A stretch of DNA of 64,000 bases from Podarcis muralis (Eukaryota). Under the pieces are notes generated by a model that did not search any database, was not told where the DNA came from, and saw only the letters and a program-made list of their open reading frames with translations. The position numbers were made by a program, and so were the translations under genes. Shown here in pieces: positions 34,472 to 48,671 of this stretch. The stretch lies in contig NC_135656.1 in the NCBI RefSeq assembly GCF_964188315.1, forward strand, positions 121,396,001-121,460,000, in the 5' to 3' direction. The number at the start of each line of letters is the position of its first letter. Positions within the stretch are counted from its first letter, which is position 1.

Positions 34472-35766
34472 CAGGTGATGAAAATGACAGTCATTGTTCT
34501 CGGGTCGCATCAGAAAGAACCAAGCATGAAGTCAAAGGAAGGACCTTTCAAGATCAAGAGGAAACAAGATCACAGATAAAAAATCTAGAAGAAAATGGGA
34601 GGAATAAAGGCCTTCTAACGCAGACTGATAATGGCCATCAAATCCCCGTCCAGAAAAAACATCATAAGGGAAAGGGAACAAATGAGAGACCTTTGTGTGG
34701 CAAAACATTCAAAAATAAATCTAGCTTCAACTCACACTGCAGAATCCACACAGAGGAGAAACCATGTAAATGCTTGGTATGTGGAAAGAACTTCAGTGAC
34801 AGCTCAGGCCTAAAATCTCATAAAATAATTCATGCAGGACAGGAATCCTATGAATGCCTAGAATGTGGAAAGAGTTTCAGTCGTTACTCATACCTTAGAA
34901 AGCACCAGGAGGTCCACAGCGAGGAGAAACCACTTAGCTGCTTTGAGTGTGTAAGGAGCTTCATTCACAGAAGAGGCCTTAAATCACATCAAACAATCCA
35001 CAGCAGGGAGAAACCACATACCTGTTTTGAGTGTGGGAAAAGCTTCACTTACAGCTCACGCCTTGTATCTCATCAAAAAATTCACACGGGGGAGAAACCG
35101 TATACCTGTTTTGACTGTGGAAAGAGCTTCCGTCTAAGCCAAGGTCTTCTTGTTCATCAAAAAATCCACACAGGAGAGAAGCCATATAAATGTTTGGAGT
35201 GCGGAATGAGCTTTGGTTCCAGCTCAAGTCTTACATCGCATCAAATAATTCACACAGGAGAGAAATCTTATAAATGTACAGAGTGCGGAAGGAGCTTTGC
35301 TCACAGGGCTACCCTTACTTCACATAAGAGAACCCACACAGGGGAGAAACCATATAAATGCTTGGTATGTGGAAAGAGCTTCAGTCAGAGTTCACACCTT
35401 AGTTCACACAAGAGAACTCACACTGGTGAGAAGCCGTATAAATGTTTTGAGTGTGGGAAGAGCTTCAGTCAAAGTTCACATCTTACTGTGCACGAGCGAA
35501 TCCATACAGGGGAAAAACCATATAAATGTGAGACATGTGGAAAGAGCTTTAGTAACTGCACATACCTTGTTAGCCACCGCAGAATCCATACGAGAGAGAA
35601 GCCATATAAGTGCTTTGAGTGTGGTAAAACCTTCAGCCAGAGTTCAAGCCTTAGTACGCATCGAAAAATTCACAGTGGGGAGAAACTGCATGCATGTTTT
35701 GAATGTGGAAAGAGCTTCACTACAAGCGTAACGCTTCAAAATCACCAAAGAATTCACAGAGGGTAG
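34472..35766 (+). CDS. C2H2 zinc-finger gene ZNF-1, terminal exon, 12 canonical fingers, ends at a premature TAG
   Basis: CxxC...HxxxH repeats with TGEKPY linkers; acceptor TTTTAG/CAG; GAG-to-TAG in the linker after finger 12; upstream exons not identified. Confidence 0.85.
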
Positions 35767-36829
35767 AAACCGTATACCTGTTTTGGACTTCCGGAGGCGG
35801 CGCGACCGGTAATGGCTGCCTTTTCCGAGTAAGGAGAAGGGAGCTCCGCTGTAAACGGGTCGTCCGCTACGGCGAAGCGGAGACCCATTCAGAAAAACCA
35901 CAGGTGGCAGAAGCCTGTGGTCCCGGGACCCGGCGGGCGCCAGAAGCAGCCCCCAAATCGTTGAAGGGACCCCGTAAGGGGCTCCGGATCGTGGAGGGGG
36001 TAGCGGCGCTGTGGGTCGTTGCGCAAACAGCGAAGTGAAGCCGCATTGCTGTTGCCGGTCAGCGCTGTCCTTTCTTCCTGCAATTTCTGAACTTTGGAAA
36101 CTACAACCCGTGAGTAATTTGGACTTTGAGAACTTTTTGAAACTTTTGACAACTTTCTGAAACTTTTTGGGAACTTTCTGAAACTTTCAAAACTTTTTTA
36201 AAAAAGTTAAAATTCGGCTGAAAACGGAGTGAGGATAAGCAGGAAGCCCACCTCCCGCTATACTGAACTCTAAGCAAAGAGCAGGAGGAGTGGAGACAAA
36301 AAGTTATGTGCTAACCAACTGCTGGCACCCTATTAAAGTAGACTTTTGAGGAAAAGACTTTGAGTTACTACTTTCTTTGGTCATATTGGGTGCAATGAGA
36401 TTCTTCTTCTGATGTACTAGTGGATTATAAAATAAATAAGAACCTCTGGTGCTGGAGCTGCCTGGCTGAGCTTCAGTCTGCAACTGTGGATACATTGAAT
36501 TTAGACTTTGAAACATTCTGAGCAGGAACTGGATACTTTTGAAACTGTTGCAGTCTAGGCACTGCTAGAAACACTGTTCTGTTTTAAGTTTACTCTGCTA
36601 AAAATAATATATTGTGGAGGCTGACGGATATGGAATTAAATTTATAAGTTTGATATGGATTTGATCTTTTCCCTGAAGACGTATTAAGCTCCCTCTAGAG
36701 GATTTTGGACTTACAGCAGTGACTTTGTTTTACTGTCCCTTTCCCGGCTTCTCTTTGACTATTGTTTCTGGGCCTTCACTTTCTCATGGGAACAACTTGG
36801 ACTGACCTTGGATTATAGATAACTTTGGA

Positions 36830-37819
36830 ATGAGTGGCGCAAGGAGAAGAGGAAGAACTAAACAAACAACTTTGACTTTATCTGCAGCCTCACAGCGTAG
36901 ATCATCTGTGCCGGCTTTGCCTTCCACTTTGCCTCCAGACATAGAGGCGGCCTCCCTAATACAGGCAGGGGAGGGTGAGACGGAGGAGCTGCACCTGGAA
37001 GATATGGCTTCAGGGACAAGTAGCTCTGTCTTGGAGAAAATTTTTGAGAAACTAGAGGCTTTGGATAAGAAGGCTGACTTGCATACAGCTAAAATTGAAC
37101 AGAACACAGAAAGTTTGAATAAGCTGACTGGACAAGTTGCACAGAATGTCCAGTCTATTGGAGAATTAAAGGAGGCTGTAGGTGAAAATCGGAAACTGGC
37201 TGAAGATACTAGTCAAAGAGTAGAGGAACTTGAGAAGGAAGTAAGACCACTCAGTAAACAAGTTGGAGAACATCAGATTTACTTTTTGATGACAGAATTG
37301 CGAAACAGGGAGACCAACTTGAGGATACGCTCGATTCCAGAGGTGGAAGAAGATAATTTTATTGAATTCTTGACTAAAGAATTTGCCAAGTTCTGGAAGT
37401 TAGAGGAAAAAGACTTTAAAATAGTATCCGCTTTCAGGCTTGGCAGAGTCAGAAGGATAGAGAAGCCCAGAGACTGTTTGATAACACTGAGATCAAAGGA
37501 GGAAAGGGACAAAATTTTGGGCCTGCACTACGAAAAGTCACTTGACATTTTGGGCAAGAGAATTGAAATCTACAAGGATATCCCTAAACAGTTGCTGGAC
37601 CTAAGATCTAACTACACGGAATTGGCAAGATTGTTAAGAAGCAACGCAATTATATTCAGGTGGGAGTTTCCACAAGGATTATCCTTTACCCACAGAGGGA
37701 GAAAGATCAAAATCAAAACAGTGGAAGATAGAGATAAGTTTCTGGGAGCGCACGGAGAAGACCTCCACAAAGGACTTGGACTACCAGCGCCTGCAGAGTT
37801 TAGAAAAGATGAGAGATAA
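36830..37819 (+). CDS. L1 ORF1 protein (coiled coil, RRM, CTD), 329 aa
   Basis: Heptad region followed by RETNLRIRSIPE...AFRLG...PRDCLITL...IEIYKDIP...FRWEFP, typical L1 ORF1p motifs. Confidence 0.85.
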   Translation: MSGARRRGRTKQTTLTLSAASQRRSSVPALPSTLPPDIEAASLIQAGEGETEELHLEDMASGTSSSVLEKIFEKLEALDKKADLHTAKIEQNTESLNKLTGQVAQNVQSIGELKEAVGENRKLAEDTSQRVEELEKEVRPLSKQVGEHQIYFLMTELRNRETNLRIRSIPEVEEDNFIEFLTKEFAKFWKLEEKDFKIVSAFRLGRVRRIEKPRDCLITLRSKEERDKILGLHYEKSLDILGKRIEIYKDIPKQLLDLRSNYTELARLLRSNAIIFRWEFPQGLSFTHRGRKIKIKTVEDRDKFLGAHGEDLHKGLGLPAPAEFRKDER

Positions 37820-38594
37820 AGTGAGAGACTGGTTACACTATGCTCAGATTAAAGAAGTGTTTAAAAATGACAAAAAGTTAGGATTCCAAGTGGAAAAGTC
37901 AAAGTTAGAAACTGAACTGTTAGAACCTAAGACTAAAGTACTTTCAAAAATGTATAACTTGCTGCTGAAATGGAACACACAAGACGAAATGGTAAAATCA
38001 ACAATGATAAAATGGGCTCAGGATATCGGGCACAATATTATGTTTGAAGATTGGGAAAGGTTGTGGACCTCTGGGCTGAACTTCACTGCATGTAATGCGT
38101 TGAAGGAAAATGTGATGAAAATGATGTATAGATGGTACATGACCCCTGTTAAATTAGCTAAAATATACCATTCGTCTGATAGTAAATGTTGGAAATGTAA
38201 GGAAAATGAAGGAACATTTTTTCACCTCTGGTGGACCTGCCCTGGAGTGAAGGCCTTTTGGGAGACAATATATAATGAATTAAAAAGGGTGTTTAAATAC
38301 ACCTTTACTAAGAAACCAGAGGCCTTTCTCTTGGGTATCGTCGACCAGAGTGTGTTAAAAAAGGACAGAACATTCTTTATGTATGCAACAACAGCAGCAA
38401 GAATATTGATTGCCAAGAACTGGAAAACTCAGAAGCTACCCACTGTGGAAGAATGGCAGATGCAGCTGATGGACTATATGCAGCTAGCCGAGATGACCGG
38501 CAGAATCCGAGACCAGGGAGAAGAAAGGATGGAAGAAGACTGGAAGAAATTTAAGATTTATTTACAAAAATATTGTAATTTGGCTGAGTGTTGA
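37809..38594 (+). CDS. L1 ORF2 C-terminal remnant with CCHC motif (no EN, no RT)
   Basis: CWKCKENEGTFFHLWWTC; AARILIAKNWK; frame open without stops. Confidence 0.75.
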   Translation: MRDKVRDWLHYAQIKEVFKNDKKLGFQVEKSKLETELLEPKTKVLSKMYNLLLKWNTQDEMVKSTMIKWAQDIGHNIMFEDWERLWTSGLNFTACNALKENVMKMMYRWYMTPVKLAKIYHSSDSKCWKCKENEGTFFHLWWTCPGVKAFWETIYNELKRVFKYTFTKKPEAFLLGIVDQSVLKKDRTFFMYATTAARILIAKNWKTQKLPTVEEWQMQLMDYMQLAEMTGRIRDQGEERMEEDWKKFKIYLQKYCNLAEC

Positions 38595-38842
38595 ACTGGA
38601 TGCCAGAGTAGAAAACAATTGTCTATCACCAAATTAGATTTAAGGATGAATTATATGCTAATCAAAACTAAGACTTTGAGCAAAATGATAATTTGTTTGA
38701 AATTAATTTAATAATGATGCAAGTGTATGCGGGAGGTGTGGGGGAGTCCTATGCAACAACTGAGAGATGTTAAATTGACAATGATGAATTGTGTTATTTC
38801 TGATGTATGTTTTATGTGAAAATCTTAATAAATATATTATAA

Positions 38843-39470
<628 letters not shown>

Positions 39471-41174
39471 AAAGCTTGTATATAATAGAGATACCATAAT
39501 GACATCACACCAAGTTAGAAGTGCCCATATTTCTTGCTGGTCTTCAAGGAATTCAGAAAAGATTAACCCACATGCATGTCCAACACCCACTACTTAGAGG
39601 TGGAACACCCTCCCATCAGATGTCAAGGAAATAAACAACTACCTGACTTTTAGAAGACACCTTCAGGGAAGTTTTTAATGTTTGATGTTTTATTGTGCTT
39701 TTAATTTTAATTCTGTTAAGGGTTTAAATAAATTTTATTATTACAATTATTTTTATTATTAGGGTCTTTTTGGGAATTAGGAGGTGTGTCTGTTCAGACT
39801 ACATTTTCACCCTTTGCCCCAAGGGGAATAAAGAAAAAAAATGGGCACCTTAATCTAATGAGTTAAAGGATCCCTTTTGATTCCAAAAGCCTGAAGATCG
39901 AGCTGGTGTGACAACTTGGCAACAGACCCACACTAAAAGTAAGGGAAGGAGAAGGTAATACCTGTCTTAAATGAAAGGAGATCCAGAGAGCTGTGCCTTT
40001 TGCTTGAGAGCACCCCATCATTGACCTGTGGCGCCAAGGCTACAGCACCTCTCCCACTCATTCCTTGGTCCATCGTCCAGGGAAGCGTAAAGCTGGTCCT
40101 TGAGATCCATGAAAAGCATAGAGGGGGTCCTTTGGGGACTTGGCGAGCTGGCAACCACTGAAAACCACTATATACTGTTTGGGGCCAGTGTATTCCAATG
40201 GAGAGTGGAGGGGTATTTGGGATGAGTGAATAATAATAATAATAATAATAATAATTTATATATACCCCACCCATCTGGCTTGATTTCCCCAGCCACTCTG
40301 GGTGGCTCCCAACAGAATATTAATAATTATTATTATAAGGCTATATTATTACTTCCCTGATACCTCTGTAACATTGTTTGTTTCCTATAAGTACCTCCTG
40401 TTTCCCATTTTTGTTTACCTTTAGTAAACAAGTTGGTAGTTGAAAGGATGTACCCCTAGTAAAAATTGTTATCCTACTCGGTTCCTGGTTGTTTATGCGG
40501 AAACTTCTATGCAATAACGTTTGCTTGAAACACAAGACTACTGTGCTGATCTTGACATTAAGCATGAGGATGTGAGAATATTTACTCATAACTTTCAGGA
40601 CACATTGAAGAAGAAGAACTAGCACCAGGGTCGAAATAGGTCATCAACAGGGATCTCTTCTTATATCAAATTATGCCAACTGTCCCGATGCCGTGATCCA
40701 TAGAAATAAACCATAATAAAAAGTTCATGGTGGCACCCATCTTTACAGCGTCTCCCTCCCAGCCTGAAGCAAAACTCAGGCTGCTGTTTGAATTGACTCT
40801 AGGCTCATTCAAAAAACTTATTTTAGCCCTCCAAGGCCATTGCGGAAACATCATCAGCCAGCTCTTGCTACAGCAAGCAAATGACAACCAGAAGGAGCCA
40901 GGAGAAGTAATGTCAGGTGTTGTGTTGGTCATGCATGGCAACCGTGGGGCGATCTCAGTACATCACAGGAGCAACCTGGTTTTCGTCACAAAGGAGATTG
41001 GTAATATTGTGTTCCTTGGGACCAGGGGTCCATTGTGGGTCTTTTCTTGTAGACGGACTGACGTTTGCACTGAATGTGGCTATTCTGCTCTTCAGGGGCT
41101 TGTTTTTCCCCTTTTATTCCCCCCCCCCTTTATATAGAAACTCTTTAGAATGGGGTTGTGAATATACTGTACTA

Positions 41175-41982
41175 GGATAGAAAGCTGACTGCACCTGGGA
41201 TTTTATGCTGCACCATTTTAATCAATGTGTGCCTCTTTCCAATGTGTTTGGAGGCCACTTGATGGTGGATACACAAACAAAAAGCACAAATCTGTTAGGC
41301 CACATTCACACCACATATCCAAAGCCCCATGAAACCACCTAAGATTTCTGGGAGCTGTTTTGCTGGTTAAGGGTGCTGAGAATTGTGACAATAAACTATT
41401 GTATGGGGTACAGAGTTTTGACACGCAACGTTTGCAGGGTGATAGTATGTAAAGTCGAAATCACATATGGCCGGGACAAACCGCTGGGAAAGCTCTCTGC
41501 CCTGTGCAAAAAGAGCTTTAAAACTCTCTGCCTGCAAGTCAATTGTATATATTTTTACTTTTTCGGTGTTTTCTTCCCCCTGTAAAAGATCAGGACTGTG
41601 CAGTTTTGCAGTTAAGCGACGGTGATGGAACAGGGTGAGGTTGGTGCCAGTTTTGTGTCTCTGCAGGGTCTGTGAAGCTGAAATGAAACATTTGCACCAG
41701 CCGCTTCTTGCTGGATTCTCTTCTCACCTCTTACCTTTGCAACAACAACAACCCTGTGAGGTGGGCTAAGCTGTGAGCAAAATCCGTGAAACTGCACATC
41801 CTTGTAGGGTTTGTCTGTGTTCTGCCCCCGGCCCCATCTTCTGAGTAACCTTGTGAGGTGGGCAAGGTTGAGATGGTTGTTCTGGCACTATGGTTTTGAT
41901 ATTGCAAAAAACAGCCTTAGGAGATCTGGGATGGGGTGCTTATTTTTCTTTACCAGGGATGAGAAAGAATTCTTTTGCATTC
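41175..41982 (+). repeat. Duplicated ~0.8-kb module; inverted copy at 50935-51840
   Basis: Shared blocks such as GTGACAATAAACTATT and GGGATGAGAAAGAATTCTTTTGCATT; partial third copy at ~30985-31086 plus 33026-33140. Confidence 0.85.
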
Positions 41983-42439
41983 TACTGTAACATAACAGGG
42001 CTATGAAATGTCCCACCTTAATATCAAGAGGGGCACTCTAACCACTCTATGCCACAACTGCCTCATGTGAACCTTGGAGCAGACCCTCAGCCAAATGCAA
42101 ATCCCACCACCCTGAAAATGCAAGAAGTAAAAGGGAGCATGCCCTCCAAGGGATATTTTTTTTGTGTGGATTCCCATAGTCTGTTTGATTCAGACTGTGA
42201 TCCAGTTGCTCATTGCTGATGGGCAACTTCAAAGCCCAGCAGACACAGAAGATTAGGAGAAGACACCACTAAGGAAGCTGTCTCTCTCTCTCTAAGGGTC
42301 GCAGTTGATCTCTACCAGGAGCCTCACAAACTAGATTTCTCTCAGAAATGGGCACTTTCTGCTCCCCCTTGCCCTCTTCAGCAACCGGCATTCGGAGACA
42401 TCCTGTCAGTCCTATTATCCATCACACCTGTGCTTGGAT

Positions 42440-43000
42440 TTGAAGAAACATTTCCATTTTATATACTAATTTCCTTCCAATCCAGTTCAGCCCCCTCCCT
42501 CCCAAGATCTTCCTTCCAAAACCTCTCCTTCTCTCAGCCACCCTTTCACTGGTTGTGTCCCATTTACTCTTTCCACCTCCTGCTGGCTCCCCAAATGGAC
42601 CCTATTTTAGACAGAGGTGACTTGGCAACTGCACTCCAGGCTCTGGTAACTTCCAGGCTGGGTTACTGCAATGTCTTCTGTTTGGAGCTTCCCTTAAAGA
42701 TGACTCATAAACTTCCATGGGTCCAGATTATGGGCTGGGGTTCCATCCACCTCTGAGATAAATCCTAAACCCTTGTTAAACCACTTGGACCACAGGACAG
42801 CTTCTGGGTTAGTGGTGAATGTCATATCCTGGGGACCACAAGCCCTCAAGCCCTTCCTTCAGATACACTTTCCTCCCCTCCTTCCTCTCTCCCCATATAT
42901 ACACACAGGTACACAGGGATTGTTTATTGTGAATTTACTCCTTTAACCATTAACATCTATATTATCTGCTTTTTTGTACTTTTTATTATTCTGCACCCTC
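42440..43000 (+). repeat. Segmental duplicate of 63020-63520 (region downstream of the minus-strand ZNF exon)
   Basis: Shared blocks ACAGAGGTGACTTGGCAACTGCACTCCAGGCTCTGG and CACACAGGTACACAGGGATTGTTTATTGTGAATTTA. Confidence 0.8.
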
Positions 43001-43175
43001 GTGATTTCTCCCATGTGAAATCTTGTATGAATTCCATGAAGTTTAGCAACAGCGGTCTCATTAAAGTGTTTTCCTCATCACGAGCATCTAAATGTTTCTC
43101 CTCTTGATTCACTACTGCAAAATGAGTTGTGAAATCTGACCAAATCTTTCCCCACACTCCAAGCATATATATGGT

Positions 43176-44722
43176 TTATCCCATGTGAGTTCTTTTATGA
43201 TAAGTAAAGCTATATCCATGTGCAAATCTCTTTCCACAGTCCAGACATTTATAGGGTTTCTCCCCTGTGTGAATTCTTTGGTGCGATGTAAGGCTTGTGC
43301 TGTGACTGAAGTTCTTTCCACACTCAAAACAGGTATATGGTTTCTCCCCTGTGTGAATTCTTTGATGAGATTCAAGGCTTGAGCTGTGAGTGAAGCTCTT
43401 TCCACACTCAAAACATGCATACAGTTTTTCACCTTTGTGAGTTTTTTGATGTGATGTAAGGCTGGTGCCCTGGCTGAAGCTCTTTCCACACTCAAAGCAC
43501 TTATATGGCTTCTCTCCTGTATGGATTCTGCGATGGCAAACAAGGTATGTGCAGTTACTAAAGCTCTTTCCACATGTCACACATTTATATGGTTTTTCCC
43601 CTGTATGGATTCGCTCATGCACAGTAAGGTGGGAACTCTGACTGAAGCTCTTCCCACACTCAAAGCATTTATACGGCTTCTCACCAGTGTGGGTTCTCTT
43701 ATGTGAAGTAAGGTGTGAACTCTGACTGAAGTTCTTTCCACATTCCAAGCATTTATATGGTTTGTCCCCTGTGTGGGTTCTCTTATGTGAAGTAAGGCTA
43801 CCACTGTGAGCAAAGCTCCTTCCGCACTCCGAACATTTATAAGATTTCTCCCCAGTGTGAATTCTTTGATGCAATGTAAGACTTGAGCCGTGAGTGAAGC
43901 TCATTCCGCACTCCAAACATTTATACGGCTTCTCCCCTGTGTGGATTTTTTGATGTATTGCAAAGCTTGAGCTGTGACGGAAGGTCTTTCCACAGTCAAA
44001 ACAGGTATACGGTTTCACCCCTGTGTGAATTCTTTGATGATATACAAGGCCTGAGCTGCTAGTGAAGGCCTTTCCACACTCAAAACAGGTATACGGTTTC
44101 TCCCCTGTGTGATTTTTTTGATGATATACAAGGCCTGAGCTGCTAGTGAAGGCCTTTCCACACTCAAAACAGGTATACGGTTTCTCCCCTGTGTGAATTT
44201 TTTTATGATCTACAAGGCCTGAGCTGTAAGTGAAGGCCTTTCCACACTTAAAACAGGTATATGGTTTCTCCTCGCTGTGGACTTTGTGATGTCTTTTAAG
44301 GTTTGAGTGGTGACTGAAACTCTTTCCACATTCTAGGCATCCATATGATTCCTGTCCTGCGTGAATTCTTTCATGTGATTTTAGGCCAGAGCTGTCACTG
44401 AAGTTCTTCCCACACACCAAGCATTTACATGGTTTCTCCTCTGTGTGGATTCTGCAGTGTGAATTGAAGCTAGACTTACTTTTGAATGTTTTGCCACATA
44501 AAGGTCTCTCATTTGTTCTCTTCCCCTTCTGATGTTTTTTCTGGACTGGGATTTGATGGTCGTTATCAGTCTGCATTAGAAGGCCTTCATACCTCCTATT
44601 TTCTTCTTGGTTTTCCTCTTGTGGTCTTGTTTCCTCTTGATCTTGAAAGGTCCTTCCTTTGACTTCATGCTTATTTCTTTCTGATGAGACCCGAGAACAA
44701 TGACTGTCGTGTTCAGCACCTG
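43176..44722 (-). CDS. C2H2 zinc-finger gene ZNF-2, intact terminal exon, 15 canonical fingers plus 1 degenerate finger
   Basis: 528-aa open frame; acceptor CTTTAG/CAG; paralog of ZNF-1 in opposite orientation. Confidence 0.9.
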
Positions 44723-44924
44723 CTAAAGTTAAGGGAAGATGACAATTAAAAATGTAACCCAAATCACAATCCTAGCGAGACTTCCTGTAACATCTGATGA
44801 TGATGATGGTGATTTTATTATTCATACCCTGCCCATCTGGCTGGCTTTCCCCAGCCACGCTGGGCAGCTTACAGCATATATAAAACATCAAACTGACCAA
44901 GTGTCAACACAAGGGGGCTTATGA

Positions 44925-45215
44925 AGAAGGCGCAGCAGAGACTGTACTTTTTGAGAATTCTAAGGAAAAACCATCTTCCGCAGAAACTGCTGCTTGCCTT
45001 CTATCACTGTGCCATTGAGAGCGTGCTCACTTATGGCTTATGTGTGTGGTACGGAAGCTCAGCCCTGAATGGGAAGCCTGGACTTTGAAAGTCATTTAAT
45101 CTTCCTTGCTGTACTATACTGTATTGTTTTAATTAGTGGCTTTGTGGAGCAGTCAAGTAATCTCGTTGTCCCCGAGAGGGGGTAATGACAATAAAGATAT
45201 TATTATAATATTAGT
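44925..45215 (+). mobile_element. Rex1/Babar-like LINE fragment
   Basis: KKAQQRLYFLRILRKNH...LLAFYHCAIESVLTYGLCVWYGS, then a 3' UTR with AATAAAG and a (TAT)n tail. Confidence 0.7.
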
Positions 45216-45224
45216 ATTATTATA

Positions 45225-45720
45225 TTACAGGGCTGCCTTCAGATGTCTTCTAAAAGTAACATAGTTCTTTATCTCCTTGAGAACTGAAGGGTGCCACCAC
45301 TGAGCAGGCCCTCTACCTGGTTCCCTGTAACTTCACTTCTGGCAATCAGGGAACCAGAGCTGGACCTCAGTGTCTGGGGTTAGAGATGCTCCTTCAGGTC
45401 TACAGGGTGTTTAGAGCTTTAAAGGTCAGCACCAACACTTTGAATGATGCTCAGAAACATACTCTGAGCCGATGTAGATCCTTTAAGACCTGTGTTATAT
45501 GCTCCTGGCAACTGCTCCCAGTCACCAGTTGAGCTGCCGCTTTCTGGATTAATTGTAGTTTCCGAGTCACTTTCAAAGGCAGCCCCACCTACAGTGCATT
45601 GTAGCAATCCAAGCGGGAGATAACCATAGCACGTACCACAGTCTGTGTGCAGGTAGGGTCTCAGCCTGTGTACCAGATGGAGCTGGTAGACAGCAGCCCC
45701 CAAATCCTGGCTATGCCCAA
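45225..45720 (-). mobile_element. L2 fragment, also present at the paralogous position 48700-49230
   Basis: GGGCTGCCTTCAGATGTCTTCTAAAAG...CAATCCAAGCGGGAGATAACCA in both places. Confidence 0.75.
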
Positions 45721-45979
45721 GTCACCATGAGAAAACATTCATTTCCTGCCTATCTTTAATCTCTGCCAGTCCAGAGCTCTGGCCCTGCAGCCCTCCTTGT
45801 TTTCTTGCCAGGGGAGCTTCCTCACCCCCCAACATCTCCCCAGGTCCCCCTCTCCATTCCCTGCAACTCACCAGATCTCTCTAAAGGTCTTGGAAGGGAA
45901 CATTCAAAGGTGGCGGGAGACAGCCTGACCAGGTCAACCGTCCATCTTCCGCCTTCCATCCTCGCTAGGATGCAGAATA

Positions 45980-46560
45980 ATAAATAAATAAATAAATAAA
46001 TAATTTTTTATTTATTCCCCCTTCTTCCTGGTTCAGAAAACCGGGCTCAATGCAGCTAACAACAAAATTAAAACACTTAATTGATGCAACAAAAAACAGC
46101 ATAAAATACAGTATAAAATGTGAATAACAATAAATTCAGAATTCAAAAATCAATTTAGGTGGAAATCCATCCACCTAAACATTAGATGATCACCAGGGCT
46201 AGCTGGCTAAGTTAGTCCTATTTGGGCCAGCGAGGAGACCAGGGGAGAATTAGCTGTGGGATTCCAGAGCGGGTGATCTTCATAAAAAGGGAAGGTGGAG
46301 GGAAGGAAGGGGAATAAAAGATCAGGCTAAGTTCAAATTGAAAGCCAGGTGCAATAGCTCTGTCTTACAGGCCCGGCGGAAGGAAGTTAAATCCTGCAGG
46401 GCCCTAGTCTCATGGGACGGAGCATTCCACCGGGTCGGAGCCATCACTAAGAAGGCCCTGGCCCTGGTGGAGGATAATCTGACTTCCTTAGGGCCCGGGA
46501 CCTCTAAACTATGATTATTCATGGACCTTAAGGTCTTTTGCAGGCCATACCAGGAGAGGC
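45980..46560 (-). mobile_element. L2 3' fragment (second subfamily) with (TAAA)n tail
   Basis: RARAFLVMAPTRWNAPSHETRALQDLTSFRRACKTELLHLAF; duplicated at 56255-56545 plus 59820-60100. Confidence 0.8.
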
Positions 46561-46619
46561 ATACCAGGAGAATCAGACTCTTTCATCCTCCCTGAGGAGC
46601 TCAGAAGGCAAAACAAGGG

Positions 46620-48671
<2,052 letters not shown>

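Noticed and set aside
34745-35760. 84-bp periodic repeats as a CRISPR-like array
   Set aside because: These are C2H2 finger codons in a vertebrate gene; no repeat-spacer structure and no cas genes.
45740-45975. Conserved coding exon MEGGRWTVDLVRL (copies near 49270-49480, 56050-56240, 60640-60800)
   Set aside because: The frame is not conserved: stops or +1 shifts after GTWGDVG in two copies, an in-frame TGA in another, and the GT donor present only in the ZNF-3 copy. It may be a UTR or decayed exon.
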